From Gammaproteobacteria bacterium (GTDB lineage: Bacteria > Pseudomonadota > Gammaproteobacteria > UBA4575), in assembly GCA_965214675.1 (NCBI GenBank), contig OZ243969.1, positions 1,666,482 through 1,730,481 of the forward strand: a stretch of 64,000 bases of DNA, read 5' to 3'. Positions 47,955-60,482 of the stretch are shown here, piece by piece (the stretch's first letter is position 1; each line of letters starts with the position of its first letter). Below the pieces are notes generated by a model, which was not told where the DNA came from, searched no databases, and saw only the letters and a program-made list of their open reading frames with translations. Made by a program: the position numbers and the translations under genes.

Positions 47955-48887
47955 TCAGGCTGCGGCCTTGAAGTGTTCTTTCGCAGTTTCGGCATCCAGG
48001 TGGATCTGGTTCTTCAGTTCTTCAAGCGAATCAAATTTTCGCTCAGCCCTGATCTTCTTGCTGAATAATACCGTGAGATGTTTTCCGTAGAGTATTTGCG
48101 AGAAGTTGAACAGATGGACTTCAATCTGGGTTCGTGTGCCGGCTACCGTGGGGCGGTATCCCACATTTGCCACCCCTAATGCCTCAGGTCCATTCTCGAT
48201 CCTTACCTTGGTTGCAAATACGCCGCTGATTGGAGAGAACCTGCGTTTAATCGGGATGTTGGCCGTTGGAAAACCGATACTCTGACCTCGCCGATCCCCG
48301 TGGATGACGCGCCCGGACATGCTGTACACGCGCCCAAGCAACTGCTCCGCAATATCCAGTCGGCCATTGGCAAGATAGTCCCGGATGGATGAGCTGCTGA
48401 CACGGTCTTCATTGACGATGAAGCTTTCAGTATCTTCAACGCTGAAGCCGAGATCATTTTCCATGTGCTTGAGTAATCCGTAATCCCCCTTGCGGTCCTT
48501 TCCAAAACAAAAATTATCCCCTACCGCCAGGTGTTTGATTTTCAGGCCTGCATCCAGGATGTCCGTGACAAAAGTCTCAGGTGGCATGCTGGCAAGCGCA
48601 CGATTGAACGAAAGGCATACGAAATGATCAATTCCAAGGTCTTTGATCAGTTCAAACTTTTCCCTGAAATTGGTAAGTCTCGCGGGTGCATGGCTGCCCA
48701 GGAAAAACTCCTTGGCCGATGGCTCAAACGTAATCACCATGGACGGAATTCCAAGCGCCCGGCTTTTTGAGAGTACTTTATCCAAAACAATCCGGTGGCC
48801 CCGATGCACGCCATCGAAGTTGCCTATAGTGGCCACGCTGGGTTCAGTGTGACCTCCTCCAGTACTGGGGTATCTTGTTAGCTGCAT
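47955..48887 (-). CDS. ribF: Bifunctional riboflavin kinase / FMN adenylyltransferase
   Basis: IGNFDGVHRGH start, with the riboflavin kinase C-terminus. Confidence 0.9.
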   Translation of the reverse strand: MQLTRYPSTGGGHTEPSVATIGNFDGVHRGHRIVLDKVLSKSRALGIPSMVITFEPSAKEFFLGSHAPARLTNFREKFELIKDLGIDHFVCLSFNRALASMPPETFVTDILDAGLKIKHLAVGDNFCFGKDRKGDYGLLKHMENDLGFSVEDTESFIVNEDRVSSSSIRDYLANGRLDIAEQLLGRVYSMSGRVIHGDRRGQSIGFPTANIPIKRRFSPISGVFATKVRIENGPEALGVANVGYRPTVAGTRTQIEVHLFNFSQILYGKHLTVLFSKKIRAERKFDSLEELKNQIHLDAETAKEHFKAAA

Positions 48888-48929
48888 AAATTCAATACCA
48901 GGCGCCCGTTCGTGAACACATGTCGACGC

Positions 48930-50495
48930 TTACTGTTGCAGTACGAAAATATTTTTGCGCACCCCGAGCAAGGCCAGCGCGCCAATATACAGCACTAGCC
49001 CCGATAGCATAAAGCCCAGCAAGGCGATAATGCGTTCTGCCCCATGCCAGTCCAGCCACTGCAGGCTGTCCGGTAATATCCACAGCAGTGCAATCCCCAT
49101 GACGACTGTCGCGGTCATGACCTGGGTCAGATACTTCAGCCAGCCGTCGGGCAGCTGCAGGGCTGCTGATCCTCTCAACTGGTAGAACAGCAGTGCAGCA
49201 TTGAGGTAGGCCGCCAGAGAAGTGGCCAGGGCCAAGGCAGCATGTGGAGCTGCAAGGTCCCATCGCAGCCAAATCCACACGAATGCAAGATTTAAAACGA
49301 TATTACACAACATGGCGATCACCCCGATTTTCACCGGAGTCTTGGTGTCCTGGCGTGAATAAAATCCGGGTGCGAGCACCTTGATGAGGATAAACGCCGG
49401 CAGCCCGAGCGCATAGGCTTTTAGACTGGCGGATGCCATCAGGGTGTCTGCGGCTGTAAACTCCCGGTACTGGATCAGGGATGTCAGAATCGGGTTGGCC
49501 AGCATGATCAGGCCGACCATGGCCGGGATGGAGATAAACACGGAAAGGCGCAATGCCCAGTCGAGCGTCCTGTTGAACTCCTGGGTGGAACGGTTAACGT
49601 ATTGCCTGGACAGACGGGGCAGGATGATGGTGCCCATGGCGACGCCAAAAATTGCCAGCGGGAGCTCCACAAAACGGTCTGAAATGTACAGCCAGCTGAT
49701 GCTGCCGACTGCCAGGAACGAGGCAATCAGTGTGTTGATCAGCAAATTGATCTGTACCACGGAAGAGCCGAAAATGGCGGGTAACATCAAGCGTATGATC
49801 TTGGACACGCCTTCCTTGGCGCCATGCAGTGAAACCTTTGGCAGCACGCCCAGTGCCGACAAGAAAGGGATCTGGAAAGCCAGCTGCACGACGCCTGCAA
49901 TGAAAACGCCCCACGCCAGTGCCACCACCGGTTGTTCCATTTCAGGTGCCAGCCACAAGGTGGCTGCAATCAATGAAAGGTTCAGGAATACAGGTGTGAA
50001 CGCCGGAACCGCGAAACGGTTGTAGGTATTCAGGATACTGGCTGACAATGCCGTCAGCGAGATGAACAATATGTAAGGGAACGTAATGCGCAGCATCTGT
50101 GTAGCTAGATCAAAACGCGTGCTGTCGCCGATAAAGCCTGGTGCAAAGATGTAGATCAGGACAGGTGCCAGCACGACTCCCAGGATGCTGATCAGGAGCA
50201 GTATTATGCTCAGTGTTCCGGTCACATGGTTGATGAGTGCCTGCAGTTCAGGTTGTGAGCGCTGTTCCTTGTACTCGGACAAGACCGGGACGAATGCCTG
50301 GGAAAATGCACCCTCGGCAAAAAGACGCCGCAGGAAATTCGGGATACGGAAGGCCACAAAAAAGGCATCGGTACTGCCTGTGGCTCCCAGGAATATGAAG
50401 ATCACAGCATCCCTGAGATATCCGAAGACTCTCGAGATGGCAGTGATGCCGCCGGTTACGGCCGTAGATTTGAACAAGCCTCGGTGCTCAGCCAT
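48930..50495 (-). CDS. murJ: Lipid II flippase MurJ
   Basis: 521 aa, MurJ/MviN similarity from the N-terminus (TDAFFVAFRIPNFLRRLFAEGAFSQAFVP). Confidence 0.9.
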   Translation of the reverse strand: MAEHRGLFKSTAVTGGITAISRVFGYLRDAVIFIFLGATGSTDAFFVAFRIPNFLRRLFAEGAFSQAFVPVLSEYKEQRSQPELQALINHVTGTLSIILLLISILGVVLAPVLIYIFAPGFIGDSTRFDLATQMLRITFPYILFISLTALSASILNTYNRFAVPAFTPVFLNLSLIAATLWLAPEMEQPVVALAWGVFIAGVVQLAFQIPFLSALGVLPKVSLHGAKEGVSKIIRLMLPAIFGSSVVQINLLINTLIASFLAVGSISWLYISDRFVELPLAIFGVAMGTIILPRLSRQYVNRSTQEFNRTLDWALRLSVFISIPAMVGLIMLANPILTSLIQYREFTAADTLMASASLKAYALGLPAFILIKVLAPGFYSRQDTKTPVKIGVIAMLCNIVLNLAFVWIWLRWDLAAPHAALALATSLAAYLNAALLFYQLRGSAALQLPDGWLKYLTQVMTATVVMGIALLWILPDSLQWLDWHGAERIIALLGFMLSGLVLYIGALALLGVRKNIFVLQQ

Positions 50496-50530
50496 TTTGT
50501 ATTTTGGAATGCAGGGTTAGAAGTGAGGGG

Positions 50531-50559
50531 TTGACATTTATTTATCTTACTACCATAGT
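50531..50559 (+). promoter_or_regulatory. Sigma70-type promoter of rpsT
   Basis: TTGACA, a 17-nt spacer, then CATAGT, about 45 nt upstream of the rpsT ATG. Confidence 0.4.
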
Positions 50560-50602
50560 TCGCAGCCCGAACGCATAAACAGATAACGAAAGCGATTAGA
50601 CA

Positions 50603-50863
50603 TTGGCCAATACCTCCTCAGCAAGAAAGCGCGTGCGCCAAGCGGTCAAGCACCGCCAGCACAATGTTAGTCAACGTACAGAATTGCGCACCAGAATCAA
50701 GGTCGTGGTCAAATCGATTCACGCCGGGGATAAGGCATCCGCTGAAGCGGCATTCAAGCTGGCCCAGCCCTGCATCGACTCGGCTGTTGGAAAAAAACTG
50801 ATCCATGCCAACAAGGCTGCGCGCCATAAAAGTCGTTTGAACGCACGCATCAAGGCCATGTAG
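50603..50863 (+). CDS. rpsT: 30S ribosomal protein S20
   Basis: MANTSSARKRVRQ..., canonical. Confidence 0.95.
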   Translation: MANTSSARKRVRQAVKHRQHNVSQRTELRTRIKVVVKSIHAGDKASAEAAFKLAQPCIDSAVGKKLIHANKAARHKSRLNARIKAM

Positions 50864-50896
50864 TCAGGCACTGCCGGCTGCATACCGTTCCTCAAT

Positions 50897-53070
<2,174 letters not shown>

Positions 53071-53097
53071 TGCGTTCAAACCGGCAATCCGGACAGA

Positions 53098-53358
53098 TCA
53101 GTGTATGGCATCAATGCGTACAAACTTTCTGTTTTTGGGTCCCTTGGTTTCAAACACGACCTGGCCATTCTGTTTTGCATACAGGGTGTCGTCTTTGCCT
53201 CGTCCTACATTGTCACCTGCGTGGAAACGGGTACCCCGCTGGCGCACGATAATGCTCCCGGCAGGTACCTGTTGTCCGCCGTAACATTTGATTCCGAGAC
53301 GCTTGGACTGGGAATCGCGTCCGTTGCGGGTGCTGCCGCCTGCTTTTTTGTGTGCCAT
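53098..53358 (-). CDS. rpmA: 50S ribosomal protein L27
   Basis: [16 protein letters not shown]..., canonical. Confidence 0.95.
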   Translation of the reverse strand: MAHKKAGGSTRNGRDSQSKRLGIKCYGGQQVPAGSIIVRQRGTRFHAGDNVGRGKDDTLYAKQNGQVVFETKGPKNRKFVRIDAIH

Positions 53359-53367
53359 CGTCGACCC

Positions 53368-53679
53368 CTATTTCGAAATATCCGTAATTTTAAGTTGTGT
53401 GTAGTGTTGCCTGTGACCCATTCGTCTCATGTATTGCTTTCTGCGTTTGAACTTGATGATATCAATTTTCTTGGCCCTGGCATTGAGCTGGACCTCAGCA
53501 GTAACTTTACCACCATCGACATACGGCGTGCCAATGGAAACATCATCTCCATCCGCCAGTAGAAGTACCTGATCAAACTCGACTTTCTTGCCGGGATCCA
53601 GCTCCAGTGTTTCCACCTTGATCTGGTCACCTTTATGAACAAGATACTGTTTGCCACCAGTGGCAATCACGGCATACAC
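53368..53679 (-). CDS. rplU: 50S ribosomal protein L21
   Basis: MYAVIATGGKQY..., canonical. Confidence 0.95.
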   Translation of the reverse strand: MYAVIATGGKQYLVHKGDQIKVETLELDPGKKVEFDQVLLLADGDDVSIGTPYVDGGKVTAEVQLNARAKKIDIIKFKRRKQYMRRMGHRQHYTQLKITDISK

Positions 53680-53817
53680 CTGGAATTCTCCGGAAATGGG
53701 TTGAAAAGAGGCGCAATTCTAGCGAGCGGACTGGCAAGGGTCAATCAAAACAGCGTTGTGGGGCCGCTTTGGTCCTAAAACCCGCACCGCGCAAAGCGAG
53801 AACAGGTAAAATGCCGT

Positions 53818-54786
53818 ATGGATTTCAAGCGGGTACAGAGTCTGGTAGCGGACGACATGGAGGGTGTGAATGCCGTGATTCGACGATACCTGCATTCCGA
53901 CATCACCCTGATTTGCCAGATCATCAACTATATTCTTGAAAGTGGCGGCAAGCGAATCCGTCCGTTGCTTGCCTTGTTGAGTGCACGGGCCTGCAGCTAT
54001 ACAGGCGACAAGCATCACCTGGTTGCAGCCATCACTGAATTTATCCATACCGCAACCTTGTTACACGATGACGTGGTGGACAGCTCCAGCATGCGCCGTG
54101 GTCACGAAACGGCCAATCTTATCTGGGGTAATGAATCGAGTATCCTGGTAGGAGATTTCCTGTTCTCTCGTTCATTCGAGATGATGGTGGAGGTCGGTGA
54201 GATGCGTGTCATGGAGATTCTGGCACGGGCATCCAACACGATAGCCGAGGGCGAAGTCATGCAGCTTCTCAATTCCAATGACCCGGACTCATCGGAAGAG
54301 CATTACATGATTGTGATACAGTCCAAAACCGCAAAACTGTTTGAAGCCGCCTGCCAGCTTGGGGCCGTTCTGGCAGGGCAGCCGCCCGAGATTGAAGAGG
54401 CCTGTGCAAATTACGGGGTACATATTGGCACTGCATTCCAACTCAAGGACGACGCACTTGATTACCAGTCCTCGCCTGAGGAGATGGGGAAAAATCTGGG
54501 CGATGATCTGACCGAGGGCAGGCCTACTTTACCGCTTATCCATGCGCTGAGAAACAGTGACGCCACTACTGCCGAATTGATCCGGGAGGCTATCATTCAG
54601 GGTGGCAAGCAGCACATGCAGGAAGTCATGAAAGCGATTGAGGAGACCGGAGCAATTGAGCATACCTTGAATGCAGCCAAGGAGCAGGCCCTGATTGCGC
54701 GCCAACATATTGAAAAGCTGCCAGACAATAAGTACCGGTCGGCATTGACCGACCTGACCAGATTTGCTATTTCCCGCACATCCTAG
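53818..54786 (+). CDS. ispB: Octaprenyl diphosphate synthase
   Basis: Two DDxxD motifs (LLHDDVVD, FQLKDDALD), trans-IPPS family. It is divergent from rplU, as in many gammaproteobacteria. Confidence 0.9.
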   Translation: MDFKRVQSLVADDMEGVNAVIRRYLHSDITLICQIINYILESGGKRIRPLLALLSARACSYTGDKHHLVAAITEFIHTATLLHDDVVDSSSMRRGHETANLIWGNESSILVGDFLFSRSFEMMVEVGEMRVMEILARASNTIAEGEVMQLLNSNDPDSSEEHYMIVIQSKTAKLFEAACQLGAVLAGQPPEIEEACANYGVHIGTAFQLKDDALDYQSSPEEMGKNLGDDLTEGRPTLPLIHALRNSDATTAELIREAIIQGGKQHMQEVMKAIEETGAIEHTLNAAKEQALIARQHIEKLPDNKYRSALTDLTRFAISRTS

Positions 54787-54884
54787 GGAATCTCAATCTG
54801 GCACCGGCAATCACAGGGGATGAGGAGTGTGCTAACAGAATAGGAAGAACTTGCAGGAGTCGGGCACGATATATGTACGGATAG

Positions 54885-54961
54885 CGGAGTGTAGCTCAGC
54901 TTGGTAGAGCACTGTCTTCGGGAGGCAGGGGTCGGAGGTTCGAATCCTCTCACTCCGACCA
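54885..54961 (+). tRNA. tRNA-Pro (anticodon CGG)
   Basis: Acceptor CGGAGTG/CACTCCG, D-arm GCTC/GAGC, anticodon stem CTGTC/GGCAG with loop TTCGGGA, T-arm GGAGG-TTCGAAT-CCTCT, and an encoded CCA. Confidence 0.85.
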
Positions 54962-54974
54962 TTATCGGGTCACG

Positions 54975-55193
54975 TCACGCGTTGGCTGAGTCCGGAAAAA
55001 AGACGCGTATGGAGGTACTGAGCTCCGGATGCTTGTTTTTCAGCATTTTCAGAATCGAGTTGAAGCTTTTGGCTTCAAGGTTCAGATCTTCAATGTCATC
55101 ACTTTTTACGGTCCATAGGTTCGCCTGCTTGTCCCAGTTAAAGGTAACCCGCTGATTTTCAAGTTTGTAGGTGATTGCCATTACTTCTCGCAC
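54975..55193 (-). CDS. Small hypothetical protein in an AT-rich insert at the tRNA-Pro 3' end
   Basis: 72-aa ORF (the internal ATG gives MAITYKLENQRVTFNWDKQANLW...) in a segment visibly lower in GC than its flanks. No family recognised. Confidence 0.3.
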   Translation of the reverse strand: MREVMAITYKLENQRVTFNWDKQANLWTVKSDDIEDLNLEAKSFNSILKMLKNKHPELSTSIRVFFPDSANA

Positions 55194-55444
55194 ATAATGA
55201 GTACGAGAATCAGGTTAGGGGAGTAGGGTTAAGATTATGTGAACCCTTGGCTAAGGTTTGATGAGGGATCGATTCGATTCTCCGCGCCCTTGCGAAGGCA
55301 GCCCGTCAATCGAGAGGCACCTGATTCCCTCGCTGTTGGCCGGGCACGGTAAGACAGCCTGGTTGACTACCCAGCTGTAAGGGTCATCCGCCTTCAATGC
55401 CGCCCAATGTATCCGGGTTGCCCCGGAATACACAATGGCACGTA

Positions 55445-56833
55445 TTAATCCAGGTGCGCCAGTACAGCGGACATACTATCCTTGGCATCACCGAACAGCA
55501 TTTCTGTTGAGTCATGGAAGAACAGCGGGTTATCGACTCCAGCATATCCGGAAGCCATGCTGCGCTTGAGGACCACACAGGTTTTCGCTTTCCATACTTC
55601 CAGCACCGGCATTCCTGCAATCGGGCTGTTCGGGTCGGTTTGTGCGCTGGGATTCACGATGTCGTTTGCACCAATCACCAGGGATACATCCGTGTCAGGG
55701 AAGTCATCATTGAGTTCATCCATCTCCAGCACGATGTCGTAGGGAACCTTGGCTTCCGCAAGAAGTACATTCATGTGGCCAGGCAGACGCCCTGCAACCG
55801 GATGAATGCCAAAGCGAACTTCAACGCCTTTCGAACGCAGTTTCTTGGTAATCTCACTGACGATTTGCTGGGCCTGCGCCACGGCCATTCCATAGCCGGG
55901 TACGAAGATCACTCTGCTGGCATCCTTCAGAACCAATGCCACTTCCTCGGCACTGGTTGAGGTGACTTCTCCTTCTTCGGTATCAACAGCGGTTCCAGAA
56001 GAAGTGCCAAAGCCCCCCAGGATAACGGCAAGGAACTTTCGGTTCATTGCGCGGCACATGATGTAGCTCAGGATTGCACCGCTGGAGCCAACCAGGGATC
56101 CAACAATGATCAGGGCCGTGTTGCCCAGCATGAAGCCGGTGGCAGCCGCTGCCCACCCGGAATAACTGTTCAGCATGGAGACGACTACTGGCATATCGGC
56201 ACCGCCAATCGCCATGATCAGGTGTACGCCGATGACAAATGCGATGAGCGTCATCACCAGCAGGGGAACGAGCCCCGCCGTGTGTGATTCCGAACCCAGG
56301 AATACATAACCAAAATACACACAGGCCAGCAAGGCCACCAGATTCATCCAGTGTCGTCCCGGCAGCATCAGGGGTTTGCCGCTGATGATTCCTTTCAGTT
56401 TTCCGAAGGCGATCACCGATCCGGTAAAGGTGATGGCACCGATAAAGACACCGACAAAGACCTCGACTTCATGAATGACTTTTTCAGCCCCGACCAAGTG
56501 GGCATTGGGGTCCAGGTAGCTGGACACCCCGACCAGCACAGCCGCCAGTCCAACGAAACTGTGCAGGATCGCAACCAGTTCCGGCATTTGTGTCATCTCG
56601 ACGCGCGATGCAATAAATGCGCCGATCAGCCCGCCGATGATCATGGCAGGGAACAGTTTTTCGAAGCCGCCGACCTGTCCGCTAAGAATGGTTGCCACGA
56701 CGGCAATCGCCATACCCAGCATGCCGAAGAGATTTCCGCGTCGTGCGGTCTCCTGGTGGCTCAAGCCGTTCAGACTCAGGATAAAGAGAGCGCCAGCCGC
56801 GAGGTATGAGGCAGTTAATAGCTGTAGATTCAT
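55445..56833 (-). CDS. pntB: NAD(P) transhydrogenase subunit beta
   Basis: 462 aa, membrane domain plus a C-terminal NADP(H)-binding domain III. Confidence 0.9.
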   Translation of the reverse strand: MNLQLLTASYLAAGALFILSLNGLSHQETARRGNLFGMLGMAIAVVATILSGQVGGFEKLFPAMIIGGLIGAFIASRVEMTQMPELVAILHSFVGLAAVLVGVSSYLDPNAHLVGAEKVIHEVEVFVGVFIGAITFTGSVIAFGKLKGIISGKPLMLPGRHWMNLVALLACVYFGYVFLGSESHTAGLVPLLVMTLIAFVIGVHLIMAIGGADMPVVVSMLNSYSGWAAAATGFMLGNTALIIVGSLVGSSGAILSYIMCRAMNRKFLAVILGGFGTSSGTAVDTEEGEVTSTSAEEVALVLKDASRVIFVPGYGMAVAQAQQIVSEITKKLRSKGVEVRFGIHPVAGRLPGHMNVLLAEAKVPYDIVLEMDELNDDFPDTDVSLVIGANDIVNPSAQTDPNSPIAGMPVLEVWKAKTCVVLKRSMASGYAGVDNPLFFHDSTEMLFGDAKDSMSAVLAHLD

Positions 56834-56847
56834 TGAATGGCTCTCCC

Positions 56848-58410
56848 TTACTCTTCTTTACGGAACATCTGCAGCATGCGCTGCGTGACAAAAAATCCGC
56901 CGCCGATGTTAATCGAGGCGATCAGCACGGAGATGGTCGCCAAGACCACGATCAGCCCGCTGCTGCTTCCGATCTGTAGCAGTGCACCAATGATGATCAC
57001 GCTGCTGATGGCATTGGTTACACTCATCAGTGGTGTGTGCAGTGCAGGAGTCACATTCCAGACCACCCAGTATCCGATGAAGCAGGACAGCACGAATACG
57101 GTGAAATGTTGCATGAATTCGGCAGGGGCATAATTGCCCAGTCCCCACAGGGTGAACGCTGCTGCTGCCAGGGTTAAGGCAACCTTGACGCCACTTTTCT
57201 TCTTCGCGGGTGGCTCTGCAACCGGTTCGGCAGCCGGTGCTTTTGCGGGTGCAGCCGATACTGAGAGGGGGGGTGGTGGCCACGTAATCTCTCCCTGATG
57301 GATGACCGTTGTTCCACGAATCACATCATCCTCCATGTCAACCACCAGGTTACCGTCCTTTTCCGGGGTCATGTCACTCATGAGGTGGCACAGGTTTGAA
57401 CCATACAGCTGGCTGGACTGGGTCGGCAGCCGGCTGGGCAAATCCATGTAGCCAATCAGTGTTACGCCATGTCTGACCACGACCTCACCCGGGCTGGTCA
57501 GTTCGCAGTTCCCGCCTTGCTCGGCCGCCAGGTCCACTACAACACTGCCTTCCTTCATCATCTCGACCATGTCTTCCAGTATCAGCTTCGGTGCAGGTTT
57601 GCCTGGGATCAGGGCCGTAGTGATGATGATGTCCACTTCTTTAGCCTGCTCTCTGAACAGGGCCATCTCGGCTTCGATGAACTCCTTGCTCATGACCTTG
57701 GCATAGCCGCCCGCCGTACCGCCGCTTTCTTCCTCTTCAAATTCGAGTTCGAGGAAGTGCGCACCCATGCTTTCCACCTGCTGTTTCACTTCCGGGCGCG
57801 TATCAAATGCACGCACGATGGCGCCAAGTCCGTTGGCTGTACCGACGGCAGCGAGGCCCGCTACCCCTGCACCAATGACCATGACCTTGGCCGGCGGCAC
57901 CTTGCCTGCCGCTGTAATCTGGCCTGTGAAAAATCGTCCAAAATGATTGGATGCCTCGATCACTGCTCGGTAGCCTGCAATATTGGCCATTGAAGACAGG
58001 GCATCCAGTTTTTGGGCCCTGGAAATTCTGGGTACGGAGTCCATGGCCAGGACGGTTGCCTTACGGGCCTTCAGTTGTTCCATCAGGGCTTCATTCTGTG
58101 CCGGCCAGATAAAGCTGATCAGTGTTCCGCCTTCACGCAGCAATTCGGTCTCATGGATGCCCAGTTCTTCGTTCTGTTCCGGCGCGCGTACCTTGAATAT
58201 GATGTCCGACTCGGCCCACAGCTGTCTGGTATCCGAGACGATGGTGACCCCGGCATCCCGATAGGCATCGTCAGTGAATTTGGCACGTGCACCTGCGCCT
58301 GCCTCGATCGCACACTCATAGCCGAGTTTCTGCAGGCGGCCTGCAGTATCCGGCGTCAGAGCTACGCGATGTTCATCTTTGTGGATTTCATTAGGGACAC
58401 CAATCTTCAT
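56848..58410 (-). CDS. pntA: NAD(P) transhydrogenase subunit alpha
   Basis: 520 aa, alanine-dehydrogenase-like domain I plus a C-terminal TM helix bundle. Confidence 0.9.
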   Translation of the reverse strand: MKIGVPNEIHKDEHRVALTPDTAGRLQKLGYECAIEAGAGARAKFTDDAYRDAGVTIVSDTRQLWAESDIIFKVRAPEQNEELGIHETELLREGGTLISFIWPAQNEALMEQLKARKATVLAMDSVPRISRAQKLDALSSMANIAGYRAVIEASNHFGRFFTGQITAAGKVPPAKVMVIGAGVAGLAAVGTANGLGAIVRAFDTRPEVKQQVESMGAHFLELEFEEEESGGTAGGYAKVMSKEFIEAEMALFREQAKEVDIIITTALIPGKPAPKLILEDMVEMMKEGSVVVDLAAEQGGNCELTSPGEVVVRHGVTLIGYMDLPSRLPTQSSQLYGSNLCHLMSDMTPEKDGNLVVDMEDDVIRGTTVIHQGEITWPPPPLSVSAAPAKAPAAEPVAEPPAKKKSGVKVALTLAAAAFTLWGLGNYAPAEFMQHFTVFVLSCFIGYWVVWNVTPALHTPLMSVTNAISSVIIIGALLQIGSSSGLIVVLATISVLIASINIGGGFFVTQRMLQMFRKEE

Positions 58411-58931
58411 TTTCTAAATTTCCTTGAGTGACTCGAGTAAGGTTAAGCTTTGAATCCCGACCGGTTGCGACTTTCAAGTGCAGCAATCGGGGTGCTGCCG
58501 ACAGGTTGACTGGGAAAAGCAGGCTGAGGACTTCGTTGTGTTTCCATCATTAATAACGAGGGGGGCGCTATCATATATAATTATTGCTGCGACGACCATA
58601 GGCCTTATCTGGATAGGAATGGCTATCCCTATGGGCCATTGTTACCGCCCCAAGCAAGGAAGATACCCGGCGCATGCGAACCCGCAAGCCTACAGCCAGT
58701 GCTCCGATATTAGCAGTTCAGCACCGTCCGGCAGTCGGGCAGAATAAAAGCCAACCCTCCGAATTGCCAGCTTGGATGCATTCCGTGCCGTCCTGAACGG
58801 GCGAGGCCCGATCTGGAGCCGGGTGTTCATCGAATCAGCAAAGACCGCAGACCTTCTTTGGGCCCATTGCAATTCATGCACTCGGAACAAAATTTGTTGG
58901 GTCCAAGGGCATTCATTTGATACGCTAGGCG

Positions 58932-60482
58932 GTGTATATGGAAGCGATTTCTCCCGTCCCGTATTCTGAGGACCCGTCGCCTGAAATTTCCTCTGTCATT
59001 GCTGCAGTGGATCTGGGCTCCAACAGCTTTCACATGGTGGTGGCCCATGATCATCATGGGCAGCTGAAAGTCATCGACCGGATTCGGGAAATGGTTCGCC
59101 TCGGTGCAGGCCTGGATGCCTCAGGCAAGATTTCCGAGGAAGCGCAGTCCCGCGCCATTCAATGTTTACAGAGGTTTGGTCAGCGTATGCAGGAAATGCA
59201 TGCTGATTCCGTGCGCGTGGTGGGTACCAATACCTTTCGTCTGGCCAAGAACAGTCCTGAATTCATACAGCGTGCCGAAGAGGCGCTTGGACACCCGATC
59301 CAGGTCATATCCGGAGTTGAGGAAGCACGTCTGATTTACCACGGTACCATACATTCCATTACCGGGCCGCCTGGGAAGTGGCTGGTGGTTGATATCGGCG
59401 GGGGAAGCACCGAGATCATCATCGGGGAGAAAAGTCGACCCATCCTGATGGAGAGTGTCCGAATGGGCTGTGTCGGAATGAGCAAGAAATATTTCGTGAA
59501 TGGCAGCCTGGAGAAGAAAAAGTTCAAGAAAGCCCTCATCGAAGCCAAGCTGCAGTTACAGCCCATCATCGCGTCTGTGAAAAATCTTGGCTGGGACTAC
59601 GTGGTGGGCACCGCGGGAACAATCCGAACGATCGACCAGTTGATGCGCGAATGCGAGTTCAGTGATCGCGGCATCACGTACCGGGGGATCGGGGCACTGA
59701 TCACCGACTTGCAGACAGCGAAAAATATGGAGCATGTCCACTTTGAGTCTCTGGCCAAGGAGCGCAAACCGGTATTTGCCGGTGGCCTGGTGGTGCTGAA
59801 GGCGATATTTTCCGAGTTGGAAATACAGGAAATGAACGCTTCGGAAGGCGGGCTGCGCGAGGGGTTGCTGTATGACCTGGAAGGCCGTATCCATCATCAT
59901 GACACGCGTGACCGGACCGTGCTGTCCCTGATGCGTCGTTATCATGTGGACACCGAGCATTCAGCAAGAATCAAGACCACGGCATTACGGCTGCTGGAAA
60001 AAGTATCCCGCGTCCTCAGGATCGACAAAGAGCTTGCCTACCCGTTTCTGATATGGGCAGCAGATTTGCATGAGATCGGCCTGGACATTTCTCATTCGCG
60101 CTATCATCGGCACGGGGCGTATGTGCTCAACAATGGCGATCTGCCAGGTTTTTCGTGGAACGAACAGCGCCTGCTCGCCTGCCTGGTGGGCAACCACCGA
60201 CGCAAGATCAGTATGGAACTCGTCGACCTGTTGCCAGGCCGCTGGCAGAATCAGGCCAGGTACATGATTGTCATCCTGCGATTGGCCGTGTTGATCAATC
60301 GTGACCGGGTGCCTAAAAAGATTCCTGCCATCAAGGTGCGCAAGTATGCAGGCTATGCGGAAATCGCACTGGCGAATAAATGGCTGCTCAAGAATCCCTT
60401 GACGGTTGCTGAACTCAAGCAGGAAGGGAGTTACCTGGAGATCCTGGGAGTCGACATGAAAATCGCCGAGCCTGAAAGCTAA
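58932..60482 (+). CDS. ppx: Exopolyphosphatase / guanosine pentaphosphate phosphohydrolase
   Basis: Ppx/GppA actin-fold motifs (AAVDLGSNSFHMVV, DIGGGSTE) and an HD-like C-terminus. Confidence 0.85.
   Translation: MYMEAISPVPYSEDPSPEISSVIAAVDLGSNSFHMVVAHDHHGQLKVIDRIREMVRLGAGLDASGKISEEAQSRAIQCLQRFGQRMQEMHADSVRVVGTNTFRLAKNSPEFIQRAEEALGHPIQVISGVEEARLIYHGTIHSITGPPGKWLVVDIGGGSTEIIIGEKSRPILMESVRMGCVGMSKKYFVNGSLEKKKFKKALIEAKLQLQPIIASVKNLGWDYVVGTAGTIRTIDQLMRECEFSDRGITYRGIGALITDLQTAKNMEHVHFESLAKERKPVFAGGLVVLKAIFSELEIQEMNASEGGLREGLLYDLEGRIHHHDTRDRTVLSLMRRYHVDTEHSARIKTTALRLLEKVSRVLRIDKELAYPFLIWAADLHEIGLDISHSRYHRHGAYVLNNGDLPGFSWNEQRLLACLVGNHRRKISMELVDLLPGRWQNQARYMIVILRLAVLINRDRVPKKIPAIKVRKYAGYAEIALANKWLLKNPLTVAELKQEGSYLEILGVDMKIAEPES

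Noticed and set aside
50864-50896. Bidirectional terminator between the convergent rpsT and proB genes
   Set aside because: GCACTGCCGGCTGC is not self-complementary enough to form a stable stem, so I am not calling a terminator here.
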